A stretch of DNA of 64,000 nucleotides from Trichinella spiralis. Taxonomy: Eukaryota. This document shows positions 1 through 11,550 of the stretch, in pieces. The stretch covers positions 2,968,707 through 3,032,706 of the forward strand of contig NW_003526943.1 of NCBI RefSeq assembly GCF_000181795.1. Direction: 5' to 3'. Both the position numbers and the translations under genes were made by a program. The notes beneath the pieces were generated by a model, which searched no databases, had not been told where the DNA came from, and worked only from the letters and a program-made list of their open reading frames with translations. How positions within the stretch are numbered: the first letter of the stretch is position 1; each line of letters opens with the position of its first letter.

Positions 1-77
1 AAATGAAAATTGACACAGTGCATAGAAAACAAAACCCCTGGAGTGTGCTACACCCCAACAATCCACCAAAGGGTTAA
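1..77. mobile_element. piggyBac-type terminal end (...AAAGGG + TTAA)
   Basis: ccaaagggttaa at 66-77 is the reverse complement of a CCCTTT piggyBac terminus followed by the TTAA target. The rest of the element would lie left of the window. Confidence 0.45.
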
Positions 78-460
78 CGGTAAACTAAATTTTCAAAATG
101 AAATTATGCAAATTATTCACCATTTCAGTATCTAATATGCAGTTTTTGAAAAATTTTTTAATAGAATTGAATGCTGACTAGATACAACCTTGACTGTGAT
201 AGGATTTTCAGCTTATCTTATGAATTTCACCGTGATAGAAACATTACTGCCGTTATCTCACCTTTAGTGTTGCCTTCATCAATTTATGCGGTAGAAATGT
301 TACTACTCTGTGTTAGAATTCGCAAAAACAGAAGCTTTAGCCTAATTTTTAAAATATATGTAAATGCCTCTGTTGTTTTATTTCTAGTTCTGTCCCAGCT
401 TCATATGGAGCATATTGGTTTGATGAACAAGTAAAAACATGAAAAAGTTCTGATAATTAG

Positions 461-685
461 TGTGACGACGGAAGAGCAGAATTGTACCTGCACATCCCAC
501 TGATATTTTTGATTGGACAAGACAGTAGGGGACGCCAAGTCAGAAGTCGTTGATTGTGCGCTGTGCGGCTGTTATTCCGCTTTTCTTATTTTTGTCATTG
601 TTGTATTTGCTCTTTTGTGCTTTGGCTAATAAACATTTAACCTTTCGCAATGGTCTGAAATCACTTAGCGCTGATGAGCGCTTTA
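461..685 (+). mobile_element. Solo LTR of the Gypsy family found at 2763
   Basis: Collinear with the LTR at 2763-2984 (tgtgacg...aattgtacctgca...ggggacgccaagtc...ctaataaac...gagcgct). Flanked by a 4-bp direct repeat ttag (457-460 and 686-689). Confidence 0.85.
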
Positions 686-1042
686 TTAGCATCAATACAC
701 ATTCTGATTAAATAGCCATTCTTTACCAAAAGCTTCATAGTTGATAGTGACACCATAGCCCCAGATAGTATTGGAGCAAAATAACCATCTGACCGGAGAT
801 GTATGTTGCAATACTCTTGTCTCTGTGTTCGAAATAAAAGAATTAAATTCTACTATGATCAATTCAAAAAATGGTCAATATTGAGATTGTGACCAGTGTT
901 ATTTTGTCTAACCAGTAAAAGATGTACCATTTTCGACACTTCTGATCAATTCTGTACAGTGAGATCAACATACCCGTCAAATTCACGCCTCCCATAAACT
1001 GGTTGTATTCCTTTGCAACTGATGATGGTCAAGGAACATTAG

Positions 1043-2519
1043 CCCTAATCCGGGCACCTGTCTTCATATGCAGACACATAACACTTTCTCTTTTTTTAAT
1101 GATTATAATAAAATAATCCACATGTTTGTAGTAGCTAAAATGCTCTGAGGTTACCACATTGATTACTTTTGAATGTGGTCCATGTTCGTGTGCTTTATGG
1201 AATATGGAGTAAAGTTTCTGTAGATTTTATAGAGTAGATTAGTCACAAAGGGTGTCAATGATAAATACGGTACTCTTCATGGGTGTCTGTCAGTGCTCTT
1301 AGACCTTCTTGACGTTAGTTTAAGAGTTACTGTTATTAGTTGAATATGTGACAAAAACCATCAATTGTTTATGGCAGCTTTAAAAATTGGATGAGTGATA
1401 TCCATTATGCAGCTATTCATTGCTATGAATAATCGGTTGTGGTGAACCTGTGATGGCCACTTTTGCATTTTACCATACCTATTGACCATTTGACCGTTTG
1501 ATCAGGAAAGTATCGTGTGAAGATCAACTGGATATGTGACGTGGAGAATGGTTATGCTCTGAAAGGTTTGTTATATACTGGCAGAAGTGGCTAGCAAGCA
1601 CCAATGTTGGGCAATTGGCACAGCCACTTGTGAACTCTAACAGAAACGCTTTTATGGACCGTTATTTTACATCATATTCCATTGCGCAACATCTTTTTCA
1701 GCATGGATTACAGCTATTGGTACAGTGTTTGCACATCGTCGTGATGTTCTAGCATGTTCGCGTAAAGCAGCACGACGTGATCCTTACTCTACATTAGCTG
1801 TTTATGAGTACAACAAAAAGGTAACGATGATTAGTTACGCACCAAGGAAGAACAGCAATGTTCTTCTGTTGACTCCATGCCACGCAAAGTTGAAAGTAGA
1901 CAACCAGCAAGGTTTCAAAAGACCAGACATCATAATTTACCATAATCTTGGCAATGGAGGCGTGGATAGCATGGATGCCAGAAAAGAAGATTTTTGCTGT
2001 ATAAAATGACCAACAGATACACCGTGCTGATGTTGTACTTCATTGTTGAAGTGTGCATCAACAACGCATTCTTACTGATGAGACATAAGCAAAGTTATCA
2101 GAGTTATCAATCAAAGAAGCGTTTTATGAGAGAGCTTTTAGCTGGTCAAACACATTAAAATGAGATAATAAAATCAAAAATCTATGCACAAACTAAGCAT
2201 GCCTTTATCCGCTACGGAGTGCCCTAAAATCATAAATGTTACAGATATCAGTTATAAAGCAACAAAATCCATCAAAATGCCAAGAGCAAAGACGTCGAAA
2301 ATCAACGTGAAATCGCTGCCATTCATGTAAAAAAATATATGCAGCAGCCATAAAATCACTAAAATGTCGTGTAGCGCTTGCATTGAATAAAATAAATAAT
2401 CTATTTGTGAAATTATCATTAGTTCTTGAAAAAATAATCATTCTAACATCAGATATAGAGATTTAACATGACGAAACTTTTACTGTCTACGTATGCAGAC
2501 AGATGCCCGGATTAAAGAG
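1043..2519 (+). mobile_element. Internally deleted, decayed piggyBac (PGBD4-like) element with ~35-bp TIRs
   Basis: Left TIR ccctaatccgggcacctgtcttcatatgcagaca (1043-1076) matches the reverse complement of tgtctacgtatgcagacagatgcccggattaaagag (2484-2519). Internal transposase fragments include FMDRYFTS and SYAPRKNSNVLLL...PDIIIYHNLGNGGVDSMD, with stops and frameshifts. Confidence 0.85.
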
Positions 2520-2762
2520 CAAAATTTGCCACCCGGATGAGGGTCAATAAACTGCCGTTGCTTTCTATCCCACGCTCCAGCTGATTCAACTGGGTGCACA
2601 CACTTGTATGTTGATGACGATATTACTTCACGATTGCCCAATCACTACACTACGCACACTTGATTATCTTTAGTGCAGCAAAAGTCAGTAGCACCTTTGC
2701 CTCTTCGTTTCAATTCACTGAAAGGCATGACCGGGCAGCCGTGAAGTCTGTTCGATTGTATG

Positions 2763-2984
2763 TGTGACGGTGACCATGAAATTGTACCTGCATATCACGC
2801 CCACATTTTTGTAGAACATCGACAGTGGGGGACGCCAAGTCGGAAGCCAGTGAGTGTGTGCGGTGCGGTTGTTATTTCGTATTTCTTATTTTGTCATTGT
2901 TGTTTTCGCTGTTTTGTGCCTTGCCTAATAAACTCATAACCTCGCGCGATGGCCGAAAATCACATAACGCTGACGAGCGCTACA
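2763..2984 (+). repeat. 5' LTR of Gypsy retrotransposon
   Basis: TG...CA ends (tgtgacgg...gcgctaca), AATAAA inside, followed 2 nt later by a PBS; homologous to 461-685. Confidence 0.85.
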
Positions 2985-2986
2985 AA

Positions 2987-3005
2987 TGGCGATCATGGCA
3001 GGACT
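2987..3005 (+). promoter_or_regulatory. Primer-binding site, tRNA-Arg-like
   Basis: tggcgatcatggcaggact is complementary to ...agtcctgccatgatcg-CCA, which resembles 3' ends of nematode tRNA-Arg (...TCCTGCCGTGGTCG-CCA). The isotype is inferred from recall. Confidence 0.7.
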
Positions 3006-3045
3006 GACGGGTCGGAATGAGTTAGCCGCCGGAGGTACTAACCAT

Positions 3046-6000
3046 GTTATAGAACGTGGAGACCTGGTTCGAACACATGGAGATGTACTTCCGTGCCGCC
3101 GGAGAGACGAGCATCTCTTGTTCAGTATCATACTGTTGAGGAGTTGCGGGGCGTAATGAGGGCTACGCACGTCCAAAAGACGGACGATTTCGATGGACTG
3201 AAATTAGCGCTGTTTGAAGCCTTCGGTGTGCGCACCGCTCGGAGAGGTTCTCCGCTGAGTTATTCCAGCGCAAACAGCAACGAAGTGAGAGTGTGCGGAT
3301 TTATGCTGGTCACTTACGCTGGCTGTTCCCGAAGGTGTTTCCCGGGCTGAGTGGTGCAGCCGACAAGATCCTGCTGCAGCAATTTTAGCAAGACTCTCCG
3401 CGGACGCCGTCAAAACTGCTGTCTTGCAAAGCAGGACGGATAGTTTCGCGGAGGCGATCGAATTTACCGCCCGGGAAGAGTGCGTTTGGAGAGAGCTCAC
3501 CCCGCTCAAGGTGAGCGCCTCTTTGGTCAAAGCAGACGCTGACCAGGAAGACCTGCAGCCAGCCGTCGAGGTCACAGAAGCAACAGCAGCCACGGTGACG
3601 ACGCGAAAGGAAGTTGGAAAAGAACTGGCGGAAATGGTGTGGCAGTTGAAGGAGCTGCTGATGACGGACATCCCTGCGGCTGCGAAAGCAGCGCCTCCCC
3701 CGCAGCGACGCCGGCGGTAGAAGATAGACCGCAGAACGTGTTGGACATGAGGAAAAGCAGGACATATCAGTAGAGACTGCCAAGCTTCCCCGTGACGAGC
3801 GAACGTCCAAGGTAAGCAGTACTGACTGAACCTTTCCCTTCACTGTCATACGATCCCCTGAGATTGAAACCCTGACTGTGGAGGGCTCCGTGGGAGGTGT
3901 GTGATGCAACATGCTCGTGAACACTAGGTCCGCGGTAACCCTAGCAGACGAAAAATTCATGCGGGGCTGGAAACCGCAAGCGGGGACGAATTGCAGGTCA
4001 TGAACGCGTGTGTCACCGTGATCAAACTTGGAGGATTGGTGACCATTCGGCACACCGTTTTGTGGGTAAAGGGGCTTTCCTATAAGATTCTGTTTGAGTG
4101 GGACTTCATAAGATACCACGGGTGCACCCAAGACCCAACGGCAGGCTGTCTGAAGATGCAGCAGGGCGACATTCCATTTGGGAAGTTCCGTACTGTTGCC
4201 CCAGTCAAAGCAGAATCCATGAGGCTTGATCGTACGGCCCGCAGCCGAGTGAGGGAAGCAATGGAGAAAATGCTTCCCAGCGAGCAGGAGGCGAGTGGCA
4301 GCCACTGATCAACGCTGGCTGCGATCCTGAAAAAGTTCGCAGACGTGCTGTCCACGTCGGATGAGGACCTCAGTCGGGCAAGCGTGATACGCCACACCAT
4401 TCACACCGGCGACGCTCAACCAGTGAGGTGCTCCCCAAAGCGGATCATCCACCACCGGCGAACGCAGGTGGGATCCCTGCTGAAGGAAATGTTGAAGCGA
4501 GACGTCGTGGAGATGACAAGCACCCCTGGGCGTCCCTTATTGTCCTCGTGAAGAAGAAGGATGGGTTGTGCCGGTTTTGCGTCGACTACCAGCAGTTGAA
4601 CACTCTCACCCGGAAGGACGCTCACCCGCTCCTGAGGATCGACTACACCATGGATGCGTTGGCAGGCGCGCAGTGGTTTTCGACTTTCGACCAACAAGCG
4701 GCTACAGGCAGGTGGAGGTGGAGAAACCGGACCAGGAGTAGATGGCCTTCATCACCCCTTATGGCCTGTACCAGTTCAAAGTGATCCCTTTTGGACTGTG
4801 CAACGCGTTAGCCACCTTTCAGAAGCTCATGGAGACGGACCTGAGAGGCTTGGTAGGGTCCAAGGGCCTAGTATACCTGGACGACATCATTGCATTCGGC
4901 AGGACTGCCGAAGAGCATACGACCCGGCTGCGCGAGGTGCTCCGCCGTCTCCGGGAAGTGGGCCTGAAAGAGAAGCCACAGAAATGCCGGCTCATGAAAA
5001 GGAAGGTGGCATACTTGGGCCATATCATATCAGTGAAAGGCATTGCCAAGGACCCAAGCAAAACTTCCTCCGTGCGGGAGTGGCCGACACCGACTTGCGT
5101 GACGGAGTTGCGGCAGTTGGCTGGCGTTCAGTGGGGCTGGTGACGTACTACCGCAAGTTCGTCAACGGCTTTGCGAACATTGCCGCCCCATTACACCGGC
5201 TGCTGGAAAAAGGGGCTGAGTGGAACTGGTCAAAAGCCTGTCAGTCAGCCTTCGACGCGCTGAAGTACCACCGGACATCGGCGCCCATCCTCGCCTACCC
5301 TGAATTCCATCACCAGTTCACTGTCGATGATGACGTCAGAGGAGACGGTCTTGGGGCAGTGCTGAGCCAGAGGGAAGGGAAAACGGAAAGAGTTGTGGCG
5401 TACGCAAGTCGCACGCTGACCAAGGCAGAACTTTGGTATTGCGCGACTCGGAAAGAGATGATCTGCTTTGTATGGGCCCTGCGCGAGTTCCGGCCATATC
5501 TTTAAGGACAGCGATTCCTGGTGCGCACGGACCATAGTTGCTTTTACTGGTTGAGGAATTTTAAAGAACCAGAGGGGCAGGTAGCCCGGTGGGTGGAGAG
5601 TCTAGCAGAGCTGGACTTTGAAGTGGAACACTGAGCCGGACGCCTGCACGGCAACGCCGACGCACTATCTCGCGCTAGTTGTACACAGTGTGGACGGCTG
5701 GTAGAGGGCAGTGCATGCGCAGTTCAAGCTACCCACCTCCGACCTGAAGACGTGACCCAGGGCTTCAGAGAACAGTTGTTGGCCGCGCAGCAGGCAGATC
5801 CAGAAATCCAACTACTGCGGCAGTGGTTGTGTGGCGCGAACTGGCCGGTGGAATGCCCCCGGAGTGTAGCCGCGACATGCACGTGCTGTGGCAGCAGTGA
5901 CGCAGTTGGCTGGAGGAAGATGGCCTCATCTGGCGATATCGCTGCGGACTCACGGCTGAGGAAGGGGCTAAGCAGGTGCTGGTGCCGCGAGCCCTCAGAA

Positions 6001-6361
6001 ATAAAGTCATGCAATCCATGCACTATAGTCGGTACGCAGGTCACCTGGGCGAGCGTCAGACATTAGCCCGAGTAAGAAGTCGATTCTACTCGCCCGGAAT
6101 GAGCGGTGACGTGCACATGCATGCATTGTGCGAGGAGGAAAGGCATGACGAAGAACAACTGAAGAACAAAGTGTTGGTCGAGAAGTACATCGCGTAATTT
6201 GGCGCTCCTGACTACCTGCACAATGATCAAGGTTGCTCATTTGAAGAGTCTGTGGTGATGGAGATGTGCCACTTGTTCGGCATCAGGATAACACGATCCT
6301 CTCCATACCACCCACAAGGGAATGGACAGGCGGAGAGTTTCAACCGGAAACTCCTCGACAC
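3046..6361 (+). mobile_element. Decayed Ty3/Gypsy gag-pol (gag with CCHC knuckle, protease, RT, RNase H, truncated integrase); no 3' LTR
   Basis: TCWT*GKAGHISRDC knuckle (~3735-3780); VKKKDGLCRFCVDYQQLN; AFITPYGLYQFKVIPFGLCNA; YLDDII; GLGAVLSQ...VVAYASRTL; GHLGERQTLARVRSRFY; SSPYHPQGNGQAESFNRKL. Many stops and frameshifts. Confidence 0.93.
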
Positions 6362-7381
6362 TGTAGCTCACCGGGTGTTTCTTGCAGACAACTCTGACGG
6401 ATGTTCTTGAGCAGCGGCCGTACGTTAAAACATTGATCATACTGGGGATGGTTTCTATCCATAGTAGCTTTATAACTGTCGTTTAAATGAAGAAACTGCT
6501 ACAGGGCTTCATATCTGTTGCGGCTCATGCAATCTGCTACATAATCAGCACGTAATGAGTGTGCCCAAAACATGCGATACCGTGGCAATGCAAAAATGCC
6601 TGTCTTAATCAACATACCAATTAAGGCTTCTACCTCAGCTTCTGTTGCAGCCAGGTTGGAATACAAGCACTGAGTGGCATTACGATTTGTCTCAAATGAA
6701 ATTTGAGAGAGTAGCTGTGGTGTGAAGTACTTGCCGAAGTATTCTATTCGTCAGAGAACTGGTGATGCTTCCATATCTGATTCTAAAAGGCTTTATGGTA
6801 TAACGCCAATGCAAGATAATGGTAGTAATTATTTACCAGTGAAAGCTGCTGTTTCCTGCTTGAAGGGTCGTCGACTCCAAATATAAGATGTTTTTCAGCA
6901 TGAAAGGAAGCATCGCCTTTATCACTTGCTTCTTCAGAATCACCTGAATCCTCAGACACGTGGTATAAACGGCTGAATTCATCGTCAGAATCTGTATCTG
7001 GCTCAGATACATCAGGATCTGGTAGAACTACAATTTGTCTAACAGTTTGTCCAGATTTTGTTTGCCGAAAGACGGTGTCAAAGTCAATGTCCAATCGTTC
7101 AAGCGTAGTTTATTCACAAGGAAAAAGTCAACAGAGCACCTCGAACGGTTTTCTGCCTACTGAGTGCGATCTGCTTTATGTTCCTTTATTTATACTTGGT
7201 TCAGCGTCCGTTATTTGTAGCTCAACTGTCACTGTTTTGAAACTGTCAGTGCTTTTGCCTATTGTATTGAACATTCCATAGAGCCAACTGCTGATGCAGT
7301 TGTTGAGTGATTATTCATTAGAGGTGGCTGTTCACCAGACATACGTATGTTATTATACGTATATTTATCAGCACCGTAGAG
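6362..7381 (-). mobile_element. 5' part of a second piggyBac (PGBD3-like) transposase, decayed
   Basis: Acidic N-terminus (ORF 6783-7094), then YFGKYFTPQLLSQISFETNRNA...EVEALIGMLIKTG...YRMFW...VADCMSRNRY...FLHLND...VRPLL. It breaks off just before the first catalytic DE motif. Confidence 0.8.
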
Positions 7382-8394
7382 TAATGTGTTATATGATACA
7401 TCGGCTAAAGCAAGTGCTGCTTATCACGATATGACACTGATTTTGTAAATTAGAATTACATATAACCGAAAAAAATTTTCAACAATTCGTATAAAGCCAT
7501 AATTTTGAAGAAATTTAAAATTTTTATAAAACTGTAATTTTACCGAAAACGCTCAATGTTGCTTGTGAGCAACAACCCTTTCTACGCATCATGTTCGTTT
7601 GCTAAATAATTAATTAATAAAATCTTTTTGCATTTTAATAGCACGTGTTCATTTCAGCTATAAAAGAATTCCCAGCTTCCGTCGATTCTCTAGCTGTGAA
7701 GTACCTAAGTTGAAATGAAGTACAAATTTAAATATTGAACTCCCAATACATTTTCCCGCGTATATTCATCAGTTATGACTGTTTTACATCGTTCTGCATT
7801 TAATTATACAATAGGAGCATAGTGGTAAGCAACCACGCCATTAAAAATGGCAAAATCTCAGAACTGATTATTAAATGCACATGAAAAGATACTGTGCTTT
7901 CAAACAACCATGGCATGATAGGATTAAGAGAGTTTTGAAACAAAAATAGCCAGTCTCCTACATATATATGATTAGAATGCTTTAATACAAAGTCTGTGCA
8001 TGCTATCTGAAAAGTTGAAATGAAGCAATTTATTTTTCATTTTTGTCTTATTTTGAGAGAATCGTTTCAGAACAAGAAACATACGATTAAAAGCGAGAAA
8101 AGCTTTTAGCCTAAAATCATTATTCCTGTTTGTTGTTCAACTCAAATTATAGCCTATAATTAGAAAAAAGAGTTGTAGAAAATCCAAGAAAGCAAATGGA
8201 ACAGTTCTGTATAGAATATAAGTGATGCACATGATGTTTCCATAAATTTCAAACAATTAATAGAGCTTTTTTAGAAGTCCTCAGCTAGCTACATGCTTAA
8301 AGTAATAATCCAACACCTGAAAGTTGTGGCAGAACAGGAATTAATATGTCATAATTAGCCTGTTATTTCTTGACATTTTGATATCCAGCTAAAA

Positions 8395-8662
8395 CAGGAC
8401 TGCGCAACCTGCGGCCGTGGATGAGCGATGCTAAACTGAATAAATTTTTGGCAACAAAATATTTCTTGTCATGCACCTCATTCCATGCTTTTGGAATTGG
8501 CGTGTTTTGGGAATTGGCGAATTTTGGAATCGGAATTGGACATAGGTAGATTTTCAATCAAACTGAATATCAGTGGGCAATGTGGTTGGGCTCACTCGCA
8601 GCCGTTATGGCATTAAAGATGCTGAATGCGGACTCCAGTAGGTAGAAAGTTGCGCACCCCTG
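8395..8662. mobile_element. hAT (Buster/Charlie-type) MITE
   Basis: TIRs caggactgcgcaac / gttgcgcacccctg; 8-bp TSD agctaaaa (8387-8394) / agctagaa (8663-8670) with central TA; no ORF. Confidence 0.85.
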
Positions 8663-9834
8663 AGCTAGAATGATAATTTTGTAGCTCTATTTAGAATCAG
8701 ACGGCATGTCTGCTATTTGTTGCATGCCACTTCTTGACGATTACTTTTTTGCTGTTTTATCATCCATTCTACAGCAGTTTGTTTAAGCTATCTGTTGGAA
8801 CTGATATATTTGATTCAAACATCAATTTCGGCCTATTTCTTTGTAGATTGATGCAAAATTTAATTTCAATTCAAGATTAATCCCAGATGACCATTTCTGA
8901 TGGGTCGTTTCATATAAAAATGAAAAATAACGAATTCCAATTGTTAGTTTTCCACTAAATTTGTCTAATAAAAATAAAGTTTTCCCATCATCTTGTTCAT
9001 ATTCTGTTAAAATTACTTTTTAAATTTTATTTATTTAAAATGTACATAACACAGAACAAAAACAGTAATGTTTGAAGACAGATGGCCGCTATTTTCTTAT
9101 GCAATTCATCTCAATCAAAATCCAGACAAATTTCCAATCTAAATTTAATAATGCAAAAATGTCATTGTATATATTTTAAAAATTATTGTAAAGAATGCAA
9201 AAGCGCGATATATAAGATTGTTTAAAATTTTAATTCAGCATCATTTTAATTTTTAGATGATGATTGCACATCTTCATAAATGGAATTAAAATATCAGTAA
9301 AAAATAATATAAGCGTAAAAATAATAATAATGAATAGTTATTTATTAAAAATGTTCTTAATGTCAGTTGTAATATTTATAAATTGTAATCGGAAAATTAA
9401 ATTTAAAAAAAAGAAAGAAAATGAACAATATGAATCAAGAAGAAAAACAGACTGAAAAAGAATTCAAAATTGTTATTCAAATTTCATCACTTGCTGAAGC
9501 CTCTGCCGTAAAATTTCGCAGCCAATGATAAAGTGAGCTGGATACAGGAGCGAATGAGAATTGTGGAAAAAAATTTTCATAGAGTTGCTACCATTTTTTT
9601 TAATTTACACAAGATGAAAAGGAATTACTTTTTATTTTTTGAATAAAAGAGTATATAATTATACATATATACGTAAAGAACAATTGCTGATATTAGAGTG
9701 AATTGTTATTTTTAAATATATAAATTGCTGAAAATGATGAACTGTTTAGTAAGTTAGCTAGCCAGCCAGCCAGTCGGGCTGTTTGTTAACTGTGCGCGTG
9801 TGTGTGTGCTTTGCTTGTTTGCATAAGGCGGGTT

Positions 9835-9940
9835 TGGCTTGATAAGGCTTTGCCTCACCTGCGCCTGGTCAGTGCAGCACCGTGCCGGCTCTGCTTATCT
9901 GCTCTCCAAGTACAACTGAGCCGTTGTTGTATAAATTTGT
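9835..9940 (+). promoter_or_regulatory. Putative promoter of the CXXC gene (GATA motifs, TATA-like box)
   Basis: GC-richer patch with tgataag (~9840), cttatct (~9894) and tataaat (~9930), about 300 bp upstream of the ORF. Confidence 0.35.
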
Positions 9941-10236
9941 CGATTGTGCAAACAGTCGTTTCGTATAGTTAGTTGTCGTTGATGCTTTTTCTTAATTTCT
10001 TCGCCCATTCCCTCCATTCGACGGCCCGTTCGAGTGTTCAAATTTGACAAAGCGGAGAAACAATTTGTTTTTTGTTTGTTTACTTGTTTGTTTGTTTGTT
10101 TGTTCTAAGTGATCGTCAGTCCCGTTTGAATAAAATTGAAACACGCCGATCAGCTAAGCTAATAAACGAGTGAAATCGATCCGGAAAAGAAAGAGAAATA
10201 AGTGAAAGTCGGGTGGCATCGATCGAACAGCGCAGG

Positions 10237-11550
10237 ATGTACGAAATTTCCAATTCGATGCACTTGGGGGCGGTAGTGTCGTCGACGTGGCGGCGCGATG
10301 AGCGCCGTGCGGCGGCACGCGCCGGCGGCCAGCGCGACGATGAACTATTAGCAGAAGAACGTCGTCAGCCAATGGAACTTTTCGTCTCCGCCGACTCGGT
10401 CGCAGGTTCAACTACTTCTGATCGGCTGTCACCCACTGGGATCGCAGGAAGTGTTGGATATTTTATTTCCAAGAAAAATATTAATAAAACAAACAATATC
10501 GAAGATAAAGGGCAACGGAATATTGGTATTGTCAAGAAGAGAATTGTTGTGAAGAAGAGAAAAATTGGCACCGTCACCGAAAGCAACAGTAACCGCCGAG
10601 CAACAGGGCAAGTTGAACGTGACCACCGAGACGATTGGGTTGAGCAGTCGACAGAAGCACAAGTGGGGGCTTGTAAGAAGATGAGCATTTGTCGAACGCA
10701 ACGGTGCGGCGTCTGCGGCGGCTGCACGGCCAAAGCGTGCGGTCATTGTACTTACTGTAAGGATAACCCACAGTTCGGTGGGCCGGGCGTGAAAAAACAG
10801 TCGTGCGTGACGCGTCGCTGTGTGCGCGTTTTGGAAAGCAAGCTGCACCGCGAGGCGGCGAACAGCCGCGCGCGCGTCGGCTGTGGCCTCTGCGCCGACT
10901 GTCTGCTGGCAGCCGACTGCGGCGCGTGCGTCGTCTGCTTGGATCGGCGCTTCTTCGGCGGCCATTTTTTGCCCGGCGCACTGTGCGCGAAGAAAAAGTG
11001 CTCGAACAGCAGACCGATCGTCGTCCAACGTCCAGATCCACCACAGTCGCCCGGCGCTGCCGCCGGCGGGTTCCACGCGAACATCGACCAACCGACCGTC
11101 ACCTCTCCCCTAGCCCACCACTACCGATGCTATTACGACTACAGTCCGCCGGCAGGGCAGTTTGTCGGACCACAGCCCAGTCCGTTCGGTCGACTAATCG
11201 AACAACCGCCGGCAACCAACTACCGTCGCCACGTCGACTCTGCTACCGTATGCCCGGTGGTTCACGATGCACCCTCGCCGGTGGCGTCGACCCTCGCCTA
11301 CCATCACCAACTGGCTGAGCAGTATCGACTGAACTTTCGCGCCGACACCGCCGCCCACTTGTCTACTGACAACTCCAACCAGTCGAATTTCACAACGGCC
11401 GTCTATCAGCACCAACACCAACACCAACAACAACACAGTCGACCACAACATTCGACCGACAATTTGATCAGCCCACTTCCATCGGTAGTTGTACAAGAAC
11501 CGATCGTGCCTCTCGGTGAGCAACAGCACGTTCTACTACAACAACTGTGA
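10237..11550 (+). CDS. Intronless tandem zf-CXXC protein with basic NLS-like segment and P/Q/H-rich tail
   Basis: RCGVCGGCTAKACGHCTYCKDNPQFGGPGVKKQSCVTRRC and GCGLCADCLLAADCGACVVCLDRRFFGGHFLPGALCAKKKC fit the CGxCxxC...CGxCxxC...FGG...CxxRxC pattern. First ATG is at 10237 (the listed ORF opens with GTG at 10213). Confidence 0.85.
   Translation: MYEISNSMHLGAVVSSTWRRDERRAAARAGGQRDDELLAEERRQPMELFVSADSVAGSTTSDRLSPTGIAGSVGYFISKKNINKTNNIEDKGQRNIGIVKKRIVVKKRKIGTVTESNSNRRATGQVERDHRDDWVEQSTEAQVGACKKMSICRTQRCGVCGGCTAKACGHCTYCKDNPQFGGPGVKKQSCVTRRCVRVLESKLHREAANSRARVGCGLCADCLLAADCGACVVCLDRRFFGGHFLPGALCAKKKCSNSRPIVVQRPDPPQSPGAAAGGFHANIDQPTVTSPLAHHYRCYYDYSPPAGQFVGPQPSPFGRLIEQPPATNYRRHVDSATVCPVVHDAPSPVASTLAYHHQLAEQYRLNFRADTAAHLSTDNSNQSNFTTAVYQHQHQHQQQHSRPQHSTDNLISPLPSVVVQEPIVPLGEQQHVLLQQL

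Noticed and set aside
3385..4305. Long antisense ORFs over Gypsy (also over CXXC, LIN9, MCM8 and SMG1)
   Set aside because: Shadow ORFs of GC-rich coding sequence; the opposite strand carries the recognisable proteins.
3046..6361. CpG-decay signature in the Gypsy element as evidence of DNA methylation
   Set aside because: Only isolated CGA>TGA-type stops are visible and the element remains CpG-rich; a consensus alignment is needed to test this.
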